A DNA stretch of 63,944 bases, counting the filler, from Octopus bimaculoides (lineage: Eukaryota): assembly GCF_001194135.2 (NCBI RefSeq). It is 7 parts of 5 records of this genome, joined end to end, with 100 filler letters (N's around TTAATTAATTAA, not from the genome) between each part and the next. Parts side by side here need not be neighbours in the genome. Positions count along the whole stretch, not along the records: positions 6,593 to 14,210 come from NW_026420031.1; positions 14,311 to 23,458 come from NC_068983.1; positions 23,559 to 54,167 come from NC_068983.1; 4 more parts are not named here. One strand, written 5' to 3'. The notes beneath the pieces are model-generated. The model saw only the letters and a list, made by a program, of their open reading frames with translations, had not been told where the DNA came from and searched no databases. Shown here piece by piece: positions 12,747 through 26,400 of this stretch; position 1 is the stretch's first letter; each line of letters opens with the position of its first letter. The position numbers were made by a program, and so were the translations under genes.

Positions 12747-13029
12747 TTTCGCCATGATAGATCGCCAACCACTACACACTTTTTCAATTCCCGAGCCTTA
12801 TANNNNNNNNNNNNNNNNNNNNNNNNNNNNNNNNNNNNNNNNNNNNNNNNNNNNNNNNNNNNNNNNNNNNNNNNNNNNNNNNNNNNNNNNNNNNNNNNNN
12901 NNNNNNNNNNNNNNNNNNNNNNNNNNNNNNNNNNNNNNNNNNNNNNNNNNNNNNNNNNNNNNNNNNNNNNNNNNNNNNNNNNNNNNNNNNNNNNNNNNNN
13001 NNNNNNNNNNNNNNNNNNNNNNNNATATA

Positions 13030-13900
13030 TATATATATAAAACTGAGTATGTCCGTATGTGTGAATCCCTAAAACTCGAGAACTACCCAACCGATTTCGT
13101 TCAAATTTTACATTTTACACATGCATTACTTAGGGTCCATGGAGTGTTATGGGCCAAAAAAATTTTCAACTTCTTGCCTAATGCAGTCCCGGAGCAATCT
13201 TTTAGACTGGTTCGGTATAACGTGTCGAAAGTGAAAGAATAACATCTATATTGTAATGTGATATAATTTTGTTTCACTTTTATTCTTTCACTTTCAATTT
13301 TAATGTCATGAGACTACGATATCATTTCACCTTTATTGTTTCAATTACCAGTTAATAACTATCGCAGCAGTTGCACGGTTGCAATGTATTCACAGTTATA
13401 TATTATCCCTTAAATTGACATTTGATATATGTGCTTAATCTCTATATATAAAATTCTTTGTCTCTATGTCTGTTCCCAATGCATTCTCAGACGGCTCCAC
13501 TAAATTAAATTTTACAAGGTAATAGTATCACACGCCACGAGTTTCAACAAGTAATTTTTTCATTTCCATTGAAACGTTATAACATTTTATAGAGATAATC
13601 TTTTTATAGTCAAGTACAGTACAGGACATTTTATATCACTCCGACGACGACAACGTCACATTTTTATATGAGTGTGTATGTGTCTGTCAGTGTGCGTGTG
13701 TGTGTTTCTGCGTTCGACGACAATGTTACATTTTGTATATTAGTGTTTATGTGTGTGTGAATGTATGAGTGTGTATGTGTCTGAGCTTGTGTCTGTGTGT
13801 TTCCGACTGATATGTGTGAATGTGTCACTCCACGACTGTCAACATGTAATATTTTTTTCATTTCGATTAAAACAATATAACATTTTATACACATAATCTT
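13030..13900 (+). mobile_element. Non-autonomous Helitron-like 5' ends
   Basis: tatataaaactgag...aaccgatttcgttcaaatttt at about 13035 and aTCTCTATATATAAA at 13437. Internal direct repeat about 300 bp apart (13553-13610 vs 13852-13903). No clear 3' hairpin/CTAG. Confidence 0.4.
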
Positions 13901-13904
13901 TCTT

Positions 13905-14158
13905 AACGTAGTTTTTCGGGAAGATTCAGCGTGACACAGAGTGTAACCAGGCTAGTCCCTTTGAAATAGAGGTACAACAGAAACAGGAAGAAAGAGTGCA
14001 GGGTGGAAGAGTACAGCAGGGTTCACCACCACGACCCTGCCGGAGCCTCGTGGAGCTTTAGGTGTTTTCGCTCAATAAACACTCACAACGCCCGGTCTCG
14101 GAATCGAAACCGTGATCCTACGACCGCGAGTCCGCTGCCCTAACCACTGCGCCTCCAC
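13905..14158 (-). mobile_element. tRNA-derived SINE (third family)
   Basis: Minus-strand head gtggaggcgcagtggttagggcagcggactcgcggtcgtaggatcacggtttcgattcc with A-box and B-box. Confidence 0.85.
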
Positions 14159-14853
14159 AAGATATATATATATATATATATATAAAGAGAGAGAGAGAGA
14201 GAGAGAGAGANNNNNNNNNNNNNNNNNNNNNNNNNNNNNNNNNNNNNNNNNNNNTTAATTAATTAANNNNNNNNNNNNNNNNNNNNNNNNNNNNNNNNNN
14301 NNNNNNNNNNTGTATACACTTGTGTGTATGTTTTTATTCTTTTATGTTTATTTAAAGATACACACAAAGAGACACATGCATACCCACGCATTTGTATATA
14401 TTTATATATTGGAAAACAGTATAATTATGAAAAATAAAGTGAGAGTATAAAAAAAATATAGTCAGGAAAAAATAAAATGAAAAGTTATGATAACAGAAGA
14501 ATAATACTGCAAAAGTAAATTAATATATTGATAGAGACACATGATTGGTTCGACAGATATATGCCCAGACAAACAGATAGAAAGATAAGTATGTGGAAAC
14601 AATATATATATTTAATATGTTGTCATCACACAGACAGTCAGATGCCAGAAATGATAATGTTTGATGTTGTTGTTAATCATATACACTCAGTTACAAATTT
14701 ATAGGTACACACACACGTGCGCGTGCGCCTTCATGTGTGCTTGTGTGTTTACGTGTCTATCAATGTAGTGGGAAAAGAGGAAATTTCAAGAAACTAGAGA
14801 TCATATATCTTGCAGAGAGTTCTCATAATTTGAATCCGCACCTCTTTGTGACG

Positions 14854-14898
<45 letters not shown>

Positions 14899-15263
14899 AC
14901 CAGCAGTAACTATCCTTGTTTTTAGTCCCAGAACTCTTGAATTCTACTGTTCTACTATTTTACTACCATCGGAGGATAGATTTACAGAAATTTATATACA
15001 ACCTGGAGAAACAAATATAAACCAAAACTAAACCCAAGATTAGTTCTAAAACTAGTCCTGTGAGTACAATTCTTTTCTCTTGATTTGCATCAAACACATC
15101 GCTCATTCTGATTTGTACTTAATACACTGAACTCTCCCACACACGCCCAGATATAGCCACGCATTTCCGAATATATCAACACAAACTTTTCAACGGTGCA
15201 TTCACTATTATATATCAAGTCATCAATTACTGACTTACAGTGTATAATACTATACCACTGAAT

Positions 15264-15462
15264 ATGGCCAATGACATTCTAAAACGACACTGGGTAGAAA
15301 ACGAAAATCAGTGCACTGATAAGCGCTTGGTACACTCACCATAACGATTGTGTAAAAGCTAATGTCTACAGTAAAATCGCTGAAAAATTAGCGTCACAAT
15401 CCTTTTACAGATATGTAAAACAGATCGAAAACAAAATAAAAGAAATCTACACACGTACATGA
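15264..15462 (+). pseudogene. Myb/SANT-like (trihelix) domain remnant, possibly PIF/Harbinger ORF2-derived
   Basis: MANDILKRHWVENEN.../frameshift/...KANVYSKIAEKLASQSFYRYVKQIENKIKEIY fits W...IAEKL...R...Q..NKIK. Stop at 15342 needs a frameshift. Confidence 0.5.
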
Positions 15463-17891
15463 CAACAACTGACCCAACTCCAACAGGTCACAGGTCACTT
15501 CAACGAACCGTTAGCCAGCAACAAACAACATTCTCATTGATATCGCTGTCTGACCTAATTCCACCCAATACCACCGTGGCAAGCCAGGACTCACTACCAC
15601 AACAACAGCAGCCTGTTACTGCTTCTACATTGGAAGCGCCTTGTTTGGCACCACTATCTGACCTGATTCCAACCAGCCCTACTCTTGGAAGTCAAGTTTC
15701 ACGGCCGCTACACCAGCAACAACAACAACAGTCTGCTACTGCTATTATAATAGGAAGGTTCAAGCTTCATATTTAGGATTAAGTATTTTTTTTTTTACAG
15801 ATATCAGATATTTATAAGTTGTCAAATATTGCAGACTGGTACTTTATTTGTGCTGAAGAGGATTAAATGAATTTTGCCCATGACTACGTAGAATTGTGGT
15901 GTATAAATATGCTTCTATATCATGTGTGGTAAGTGGGTGTTTGAAGTGATGAATTACAGATGAATAACAATTCAAAGAGCTTCCATGGAGTCGCTTCATT
16001 TGCTAGAAACAACATTCACATCTTCACATCTGTCCTACTGCTTAGAAAAAAAAAATGTAATAAAGATTCCTGTGTTCGTTCAGCCGATAGAATCGAAGGA
16101 TTAAGACACCGTAAAATTGCCTTGGAAATATCTCTGCTTAATGTTAGCTGACTTGTAGCTAAGCAGTAAGAAAATAATAGGAACTGATTCGCATTGTATA
16201 TGATGTCAAATGGATGAAAATGAGTGTTGTGTTTGTACACATACATGCATAACATGCATACATACATATATGTAGTGTGTGTGTGTGTCAAAGGTGTATA
16301 TTAATATATTGATATATGTTTATACATGCATATACATATATACATATATATGAATGCTTATATGTGTGTGTATGTATGTATGTATGTATGTAGGTAGGTA
16401 GGTAGGTAGGTATATTAGCAAAGTATGAAATTATATCTTGATGATTCGAGGTATACTGTTGCAATGAATTTTTTTTTAATGGAAGTGAATTGAAAATATT
16501 TAACCTACTTGTCACTTCATGAAATACATGAACATCAGAAAATGTAGTGCTTGTTTCTTCAGTAACATAGTGAAGCCCTGTATCCTATATCAACATTGAG
16601 AGAAAATAACAATATGCCCTCTGGTGAAAGTCATAATAAGGATCATCCTTAAGGTAGTAGCAGATCAAAGATACATGGAGTAACCAATTCATAGTCAGTA
16701 ATATCTTATGTGAAAACCTTAATATGCTCACATTTTATTTCCTGGCAATACGACTCCGATAACCCATTACTTTCTTATTTTGTACCAGTCTTTAGAAAGT
16801 GATCGCAAGGGGTAGTTTATGTCATCTTATTCTATGCTCGCTAAATATGTTCAATGGAGAATTTAAAAGCATCAACCTCATCATACCAGTTACTAGTGGC
16901 TGATAATTTACTGTAAGTTTACTTAAAAATACAGCGAAACACACTTTGGTTCGTCTTTTAAGTGTTGGTATCCAAATGGTAATACATACAGATGAAGAAA
17001 CGGTGGAGGTTGAAAGGCATTGCGAAGCATACAAATGTCCTCTTATAAGCCTAAAGCTGTTCAACCCCATTACTTCTAGCCAGCTCCAATGCTTGTGAGA
17101 AATTTCTAATGCGCTTTTATAATTCAATCCCATTCTATTCGATGCTGTTTGTATTGAGCGAAATTAATGAAAAGTTTGGAGACTTACTCAAACGGCTTTA
17201 TAAGCCGTTTAACGATTCGTATTTCTTCTATCTACCGAATAGCGAACAAAATGCCATTTGTTATATAAGCTGCTAAATCCATACAACAGTTCTGCATGAT
17301 TAAAACATGTTTCAGATAATGAAAGAAATTAAAAGTTCAGGCTACAAATAGATAGTGGATAACTCTCTATTTCAAAAGAGCTGGAATCTGTTTATCTTAG
17401 GAAATGGAGGTCGAGATATGACATATTATATAACACGGCCGAAACAAATAAGTATCTCCGCAACGATCATTAAATAAAATTCGAATATCCAGTGTGGACG
17501 AGATATAAACGATCTCGGCTGTTGTTATCAAGTTGTTTAATCCTTACTGTATTATGCACATCTTGACGAGAAAAAAATGAAACAAAACAAAAAAAAAACA
17601 ATGATTTCGAATAAGTTAGAGAACTGCTATATTTTAGAGGTAAAGCAAATACGATTTAGTATTTAGTTGCATTTTTCACAAGTTGAACATCTACTTCAAA
17701 ATAACTAAATGACTGAAATTGCATTTTCATCTCAAGTATCTCAATGTTGAAAACATACCTACTAAGATTTGCTACTCTGATCATTCATAAAGAATACTCC
17801 TTATTACCTTACTTAAAGGTGCACGTTCTCAGTGTATGCAATTTTCCTATACATTTCCACAACTGGTTGCAACAAATTCTGCATTTCACAC

Positions 17892-18063
17892 TGTTGTGTC
17901 AACGCCCCCAGACGATGAAGTAGGCTAGCCCAATACGTAGATATAGAGGGAGAAGTCTAGACGCCGGGGGAAGTTGAATAGAGGTCATCGGAACGTGCGA
18001 TATAACGGTGGCGACGAGGATTTCGTATCTCACACAACCACTATGTAGTATTGTGATATAACA
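17892..18063 (+). mobile_element. Miniature LTR-like element with internal PBS (copy A)
   Basis: TGTTGTG...TATAACA termini; TGGCGACGAGGAT at 18009-18021; homologous to 19804-20024; flanks cacac/gacat (degenerate TSD). Confidence 0.7.
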
Positions 18064-18739
18064 GACATGATTAATGACACCAAGAAATGCACAATTATCA
18101 CGAAATCATGTTCTTATCCTTGAACGAATTTATGAATCTATGTCACAGGAAGAAATAAATGTAGTGGAGTGTAGAGTAAATATTGATCTCTTATATAATC
18201 ACTATATTGTCCATAAAAGGCGGGTATAATGCACAAAATCAATACCCTTATGTAACCGGAGTTTATTTTATCGAACTTGGAAAAATGATATAATAGATCT
18301 ACGCCTATCACCTTTGAATTGCTGCCTAAAATATTCGAACACTATATTCTAATTAATTTCGTCTGATTACATATTACGACAACAAGGCCAACGATCACCA
18401 ACAAATAGAAATAAATTATTGAGTGACGCTAACTTTCATTGGTCAGTTCACCTGCCAATAATAACAGCCAAATCTATCACAAATTACACCTTGCTTTAAA
18501 ATGTCTTAAAAAATAAGATAGTGTATAATGTAGAACACGAATTACAATATCTAAAAGAAAACTAGGATAGTTTAAGGTAAAATAACTTTGAATATGTCCA
18601 CGGGGTGAGTGGGTGACAAACGGCGAGCACACCTTACGCAATATCTGCATTCATAACAACAATAAATTTATTAAGTACGAGAGCAATTTTAACCAGAAAA
18701 GTGTAACATTCTTCAGGTAACCACAAAACGATCATAAGC

Positions 18740-18900
18740 ATCATCCACAACATTATCATCATCATCATCACCATCATTATCATCAACATCATAATCATTA
18801 TCATCATCGTCGTCGTCGTTATCACCAACAACAGAATTTCCACCACGCTCGCCCTCACTGTCACCAAATCCACCACCAACACCACAACTACCAAAGCTAC
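18740..18900. repeat. Degenerate (CAT)n/(CAC)n repeat
   Basis: Direct reading. Confidence 0.85.
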
Positions 18901-19803
18901 CAGATCCGCAATCACTCTTCTCTCATCCGCCTCTATCTCCTTCTCCTCCTCCCTCTGACCTCTTCTCCTCCAACATCATTCCCTCATCAACTTTAACATC
19001 GTCAAAATTATCATCTCTGTTATCTCATCTCCTCGTTAAATTTATTCGAATACCCATGTAAAGAAATACGCTCATCTACAGAAAAAAACCAAACCGTATT
19101 GGAGAAGGTGTATTTACATACACTAATGTAGCAGTTACTATCTTATCTGTCAATTTAGCATTTACTTCTACGTACTTTTGTTGAACATGTGTCAGGTTTC
19201 CACTCCTAATTTTTCAATGCGTTAATAATATTGCTGACAAGGTGGTTGGAGGGCGATAATATATTACTTATAATGTAACAATGATATAAGCGTGCTAAAC
19301 AGAATATTGATATAGAAAATTTCAACGAGTATGACTTTTCTATTAAATGAGTGAGTCTCGAAATCGTATGCTAGAAATAGCAACCAAACTGTCTACCAGA
19401 ACATCGGCATCTTCGAAATGATTTGAACATTACATATTGTATATCGGTTGTTTTATTCTTCAAAAGTACAAGATTAGGCTTTTATTGTTGAAACACAATT
19501 ATTTTCAGCATATAGAGAATGCTAAATTTTTGGCAGAAACATTAGAGTGTCAATATTTGTCCTGGCATTTTAAACTTCTGAGTTCCAATCCTGTTGTTAG
19601 TCACCTTTAAATTTTACCTTTTCAGGGCTGGTAAACGATATTTACCAGTAAAATACTGGTTCGATAGTATCGACTGTTCTCATGCTGCACACAGACATCA
19701 CATTGGATATTTAGCCTTCCAACAATGCTACAAATGATAATGAACTGAGTTTTAAACAACACCAGAAACACATTTGAAATTGTTATTAATCGAAATGGGA
19801 GAA

Positions 19804-20024
19804 TGATGTGTCGACATCCTCAGGCGAAGAAGTAGGATCTCGCAAGACATATAAATAGAGGTAGTCCGGCCGTGGTAGGTGTGTTAAGTAGCAGTTGAGT
19901 AGCAGTTGTGTAGCGGTTGAGTAGCGATCATCCGAAGGTGCTAAATAGCAGTAGCTTGAGACATAGCAGTGGCGACGAGGATTTCGTAGCTCACTCAGCC
20001 ACTGGTAGTATTTGAGACATAACA
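19804..20024 (+). mobile_element. Miniature LTR-like element with internal PBS (copy B)
   Basis: TG...CA termini, perfect 5-bp TSD GAGAA (19799-19803/20025-20029), TATAAATA, PBS TGGCGACGAGGAT at 19970-19982. Confidence 0.85.
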
Positions 20025-21114
20025 GAGAATTAAAATCATACTGAGTTATATTAATGCGTAATAATCAACGTATTTGGAAAGCACCATAATGTCAGTCAAT
20101 GCACTCAGGATCCACTTTTGAAATGCATTATTTACTCCACTTATCACCGACGCACCGCAAATAAACAATTTCTGAATAATGCTTTTCGTTAAAGATCAAT
20201 GAAATATGCCTACCCATTGCACACGTTTATTATTAAACTATTAATCAAATATATTTCCCAATCTCGAAATAAACTTACAGATTCATAATATTTTGTCATT
20301 GATCGTTAGATTTAAACAAAAAAGGTATAAAAAAGATAATATCGAAATTTATCTTTATCTTTGTTTTTAATTTGCTTCATCCAAAAGAAATATTTATTAT
20401 TAAATATAAAAAGATTATGATTGCTATTTTTATTAACGTAATACACTAAAAGAGATTTTGCGTACTTCTAATAATTCTAAAATATTTTCTTTCAAGTCAC
20501 ATGATTCATTGTATTCTTTCAGTCAGTTTTATTATCTTTATTTCCACGCACAAATTTTGATCATTTCCATTCCCTCACTCACTCAGTCACTCACTCACTC
20601 ACTCATTCACTCAATTATTCACTTCTAAGCTTCTCTTACCCTCTTCCTTGCTGCATGTCTGCCCTGCGTTCTATGTGTGTGTATGTGTAAGTATATGAGT
20701 GTGTGCGCGTCTCTGTGTGTTTGTGTGTGTGTGGATGGATGGGTGTTTTATACACACACACACACGCACGCACGTGCATATTCACACCGTCACATGCACT
20801 TTGACATGTATATATATATATATATATATATATATNNNNNNNNNNNNNNNNNNNNNNNNNNNNNNNNNNNNNNNNNNNNNNNNNNNNNNNNNNNNNNNNN
20901 NNNNNNNNNNNNNNNNNNNNNNNNNNNNNNNNNNNNNNNNNNNNNNNNNNNNNNNNNNNNNNNNNNNNNNNNNNNNNNNNNNNNNNNNNNNNNNNNNNNN
21001 NNNNNNNNNNNNNNNNNNNNNNNNNNNNNNNNNNNNNNNNNNNNNNNNNNNNNNNNNNNNNNNNNNNNNNNNNNNNNNNNNNNNNGCACATCCAGACATA
21101 TTCATACATAGTTA

Positions 21115-23140
21115 AATAATAAACTCCTAGAAAATTTAACAGATTTTTACAATTCCAGTAATGGCTTGAATCAGTACTCTTCGAATCAGCTTTCTCTTTT
21201 TTGGTTTCGAGAATCTTAATTTTGTAAAATTAGTATTTAAGCAGTTGTTACATATCCCAGAGCCTCAATAATTTCAGCTGTACACCTGTACTTGTGATCT
21301 GTATGGAGTAATTACAGATTTTTCAATAATTCACCGTAGGTATTCTCTTTTTCACTGATCTTCAGTTTTATGTTAACATCCGTTGGACAGCTAATTTCCA
21401 CAACTGTACATAGTTTCTCTACTCTGTCCCAAATCATTATATCACGTCTGTTCTGTTTACATATTGAAATTTTGAGTAGGACATTCCAGCAGTACTACTT
21501 TTTATTATGAGTGACTGTGGCTTCCACCATACTGTGGGATCTTAATTCTTTGTACTTGAGGTTATCCTTTCGATGGATTTCATTTTATAGTGTCCTAGCT
21601 ACAACACCGTGTTTCATTGGCAGATGATGCCGTGATGACATTTCCGGACACCAGCTTATGATTTGGCTGGTATTTTCGCCGTTCACTCCACAAAGCCAGC
21701 ATTGGTTGTCACCTTTTACTGCTTTTCCTGCATCTCTATCCCTTTGTGCATCAGGTTTGTGGTTGACATTTCCTGTTCCTGGATTACATTTCATAGTGGA
21801 AGTAATAAGGTTATTGGTCTGTGATAGACTACTTTAATGATCAATGTTACTAACATCTCGAATCATTATACTAACATATCCATGCATAGTTTTCTGCTCA
21901 TATATGCAGATCCTTCCATATGATGATACATCGCAGGAGAGTCGTGCGACATCTTTGGACATGTATCTAGGGTTATCAAAGACTGCTGCTGGAGGATATG
22001 CCGTGCAAGTCGTATGATCTTATAAGCCTCATGTAAGCAAACATGATGAAGGGATGCACTTTGACACTTTGCAGTTAAAAGAGGTTGCCGAAGGGTTATG
22101 ATGCGACATTCAAAGGCACTATGGGTCGATGTCGCCTTGTTTCGCTTTAGGTAGAGTCTAAGTTTCACTTTAGGCAGTCACTGTTGATGTGGAAATTATG
22201 TGTGATTATTAGCATTTTCCGGGTTTTCACATCAATGGTTTAGATATCAAGTGTCCAGTCAAGTATTCCGAGTGTTGGTATATGTACTGGCACTGAAAAC
22301 ACTTTGTGTGCTACTGATTTATTGAATGCAGATAGTTCCGAAGTCCAAATTGTCTTTATTCGGTTGTAATATAATTTAGCGACACGTGTGTTGTTAAAGA
22401 TGCCATCGTAAGATACGTTATCATCCTGTAACATTACGTTATCATTCTGTATCATCCTGTAACATCAGATATAGGGGAAACAGTCTGGTTTACAGTTTTC
22501 TCTCATTTCATAATCATATAACAACATTGATCCTGACACAACTCCAACCGTATATTCTTTGAGAATGTTGTAACCAGGTCAAGGATCTTTTTCAACACGA
22601 GCATATTTTTGGATATCGTTTCAGGACAATCACAACGAAACGGTTTGTAATTTTGGTAATTCTGTTTTCTTGTGAACCAGTGAGATATCCTTGAGACGTC
22701 TTTAACTTGAGTGACGAGGAATTTACAGAAAGTATAAACAACGTCACAGAGAAGCTGTCCCCTTGGGATATGCCTCTGTAACACTGTATTCTATCACTGA
22801 TAGAATTTTCACACTTTGTGTTTAATTTTGAGATGGTGACCCACGATGGAGAAAATTCATCTATAGCTTTGACTACCCTCACTGAAACTTTAGCAAGTTG
22901 AAGGGTTGCTAGTAACCATGCGTGGGGAACTGAGTCAAAGGCTTTCTTGTAGAGTAGTCAGATTGAGACTAACTTCTTTCTGTGCTCCCTCACTTCTGAC
23001 GTCACAGATTTGTTGATTTACAATTGCTCAGCACATCCCCAAATTTCCTTCTTCCCAGCTATTTGTTCTGCTGTGATGATGCTATTGATTTCACAATGGT
23101 ATTCGAGGAAGTGGTTTAAACATGCTATATATATCTTATA
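21115..23140 (-). mobile_element. Decayed RLE-type (R4/Dong-like) non-LTR retrotransposon: RT, CCHC finger and RLE
   Basis: YKKAFDSVPHAWL and RGISQGDSFSVTLFILSVN (RT), CWLCGVNGENTSQIISWCP (zinc finger), NRRDIMIWDRVEKLCTVVEISCP...EKENTY (PD-(D/E)xK RLE). Confidence 0.85.
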
Positions 23141-23279
23141 CATTAAGTTGTGCCATGCAGTTGTCCGGTAGATTTTTGCCATGTGGATGATTCTGCATTT
23201 GGGGATTACTTTTGTCTCTACCAGAGCTTACCAGTGTTGTATGCCACTGTTCTCATTGCGAGCTTGCTGATACAGGTTG

Positions 23280-23435
23280 GTAGCTGTGTGGTAAGAAGTT
23301 TGCTTCCCAGCCACACTATTCCGGGTTCAGTCCTACACCATGGCACTTTGGGCAACCGTCTTCTTTTACAGCCTCCGACCGACTAAAGCGTTGTGAGTGG
23401 ATTTGGTAGATGGAAACTGAAAGAACCCCGTCGTT
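23280..23435 (+). mobile_element. SINE 5' half
   Basis: gtgtggtaagaagtttgcttccc...ccgggttcagtcc head, then gttgtgagtggatttggtagatggaaactgaaag as in 10810-10863. Confidence 0.8.
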
Positions 23436-26400
23436 TATATATATATATATATATATATNNNNNNNNNNNNNNNNNNNNNNNNNNNNNNNNNNNNNNNNNN
23501 NNTTAATTAATTAANNNNNNNNNNNNNNNNNNNNNNNNNNNNNNNNNNNNNNNNNNNNCACAAAGCATTTCTACTGATTACAGCTGTGTATCACATGATG
23601 GCATGAGTCATGTAATCCACAATATTCCCATCTTGATATTAACTAGATTATGTAATTTTGAGAAATTTGAATGTCTACTAGGAAATGAATGCCTAACAAA
23701 AAACATCACATATAAATGTTAAAAGTAGTCTACATACTTCCACTTACAGTTCCACTTCTATTTCATATATTTAGAGGGAGAGATGAAGCAAAAACAACAT
23801 TGCTCTTCCCAAAGGTCTGGGAGAGAAAGGAGAAAAATATCGATTTTCATCTAATGTGGAGCATTGCTAGGCATGCTAAGCTTTATGCTAGTGGTAGATA
23901 TGGTGGCAATCTCTACCATTTAGAATTACTGAAAACCATAAAAATGCACTGATGATGTTATTATTAGATCAGTTGAATTAAGGATCAAATGACCACATTT
24001 TATCCATAGAACTTTATAATTTATATGTATCTACCTGAGTGGTTGATACATATCTATAACTCTACAATACAGATACGTATCTATAACTCTTTAATCATTA
24101 GTAATAAGAACCAGGGATTATATTTAAGTAGACTATCATATCTTAATACTGTTAATACTAATAACTGATCAGATTTAAGCATATCCCTTGTTCTAACAAC
24201 AGATACTGATTACTGTTATTGTATATGATTTATATATTTTGCCTATTTTATATAATTTAGAATTTAATAACTTTATTCAGTTTGCTTCTGACCTTATATG
24301 ATATCTTCGGAGCATTTGCTTCATCCTCCCAGGTTATGGCTTTTAAAATTCATTATAATTCATTATAATCCTATAACTTCTTTAACATTTATAAACATTT
24401 ATTCTCTTTAAAATTTCTTAGTGCTCACCACAATTTTGAATTATTATAGTAGTGATCTGACCTAAATACTTGTTGTAATGTGATTTGTTACATACAATAA
24501 ATAAGATAACCAGACAACAGTAAAAACAATGTAACAGACTAACAAATCTATTTAAGAAACAACAATCAATATTCCTTGTGAACAAACCAACCAACACCTT
24601 CCATCTTCACTGCAAACTAACGCAAACTTCACTCGATTCCGAACTCTCAACTCACTTGGATCGTTACTATTTATACTTTACTTGGACCATTCTATTTCTT
24701 GCAAGGAGGCATCATAACTCTCATCACAACATCTCCCCTTTTGAGATTTCGACTACTGTGAGAAAGTGGAACTTCTCTATTTTTTTTTCCAGCACCTCTC
24801 CCTCTTTTTTTAGCTGTTGTATCGTAATTGTTGCCTGACTTTTAAGGTAGTATTGTTCGTTGCATACACCACTTATTCTTTTCATTGTACTAAGCACTCT
24901 TGTTAGCACTTTTTTCTTTGTTTGAAAATTTAATATTTTTTACATTTAGGTGTTACTTCCATATATTCAATCTGTTTTTGTTTTCTGATGCTAGTTTTAT
25001 GGGGTTTGATATTTCTCGGTTCTAGCACTTCAAAATATCATTGAAGACTTCCATTGGTATTACCTTTCATTCTTCTGTATGTCTCATCTTTAACTGGTTA
25101 AGGTGTCTCTTCTGTTCGGAATGTTGTCCTTTAATTAAATACATCACGTTACTTCATTTTTTAATTGCACAGCCATTCTCCCAACCTTCTTTACCATTTT
25201 TGTAATTTTTTAAATGTACTTTATCTCCTACTTCGAAATGTTTTGTAATATTTCTTGTATTTCCTTCAAATGTATTTTTTGTCTTTCCTCTATATGTATT
25301 TTTCCTGGCAATAATTTATCGATTTTATTTTACACAAGAACATTAACTCTGCTGGTGACTTTCTTGAATTAGTATTTGGATTTGACATTATTCTATATAC
25401 TCTCAAAAATTTCGTGAGTGCCTCATTACTATCTAGCTCATTCCTAGCTTTTCTTAGAGCTCTTTTGAATGTCAAAAAATCTTTCCACTAGCCCATTTGA
25501 CCCCGGGTGGTAGGACAGGGTAAAGATGTGCTTTATGGCATGTATTTTGCAGAAATTTCTTAATTACTATACCATGAATTGTGTTCCATTATCTGAAAGT
25601 GACGTGTCTACAACACTGTATAGAGCAAATAACTCGAGTATTGTTGCCTTTATTGTTGTCTTTGCTGCGGGTTTATTACACCTGTATACTTCTGGACACA
25701 TTGTATAGTTATCCACAGTGAATAGATAATATGCGCCCGTCATTGGTCCAGCATAGTCAATATGTATCCTGGACCATGGGCTCTCAAGCTCAGGCCACGA
25801 TTGGTATTTTACTGGTGATGCTTTGGGTGCCAACACGCAACCTCTACATGCTTTCACCAATTTCTCGATGTCCGGTCCATAGTCAGCCATTATACAATAG
25901 ACATTCATTAAAGCTATCATTCTGGACATTCTCGGGTGCTTACAGTGGAATTGTTGCAATACCCGTTTCTGTAGTGCACTTGGTACTATTACACTCTATG
26001 TATACATTAAGGCATCATCGCATAGTGAGAAATTATTTGAATTTGTATTTTTTTATTATGCTTATTTTTTAATGTTTCTTTCATTCTTGTAATGTAACTA
26101 TCCTCTACGGTTTTCATTTTTATATCAAGTGCTGTCACTGGCAGTTCCTGGATTATATTACACACAATACTTTTTACTTCATTTTCTGACTGCAATGATA
26201 CTATCACGGTCTCTTCCAGTGGTTCCATGTAAATGCGAATTAACCTCAATAAGTAGTCTGCATGACCAATTTTCTTCGACGGAACATACTGCCTCTTAAA
26301 ATTGTAGTTCAGCAATATTGTACCCCAGCATTGTAATCGGTTAGCTCTATGGGTAGGCAATCCCTTCTTTGATCCAAAAATTAAAAAAGATATTTCCACA

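Noticed and set aside
14095-14158. tRNA-like sequence
   Set aside because: It is the head of a SINE; it has no acceptor stem and continues into a repeat body.
15239-15379. Two 40-nt minus-strand segments with good splice signals
   Set aside because: No recognisable product, and the plus strand has a better explanation (Myb/SANT remnant).
17190-17210. 9-bp-arm palindrome aaacggctt-tat-aagccgttt
   Set aside because: Short and isolated, with no context to assign a function.
18634-18760. IVLWLP-containing frame resembling GPCR TM6
   Set aside because: Runs out of a (GAT)n repeat and lacks other TM6 features or a credible acceptor.
23748-23816. 69-nt segment with a strong minus-strand acceptor and GTAAGT donor
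   Set aside because: Stops in all three frames; cannot be supported without RNA data.
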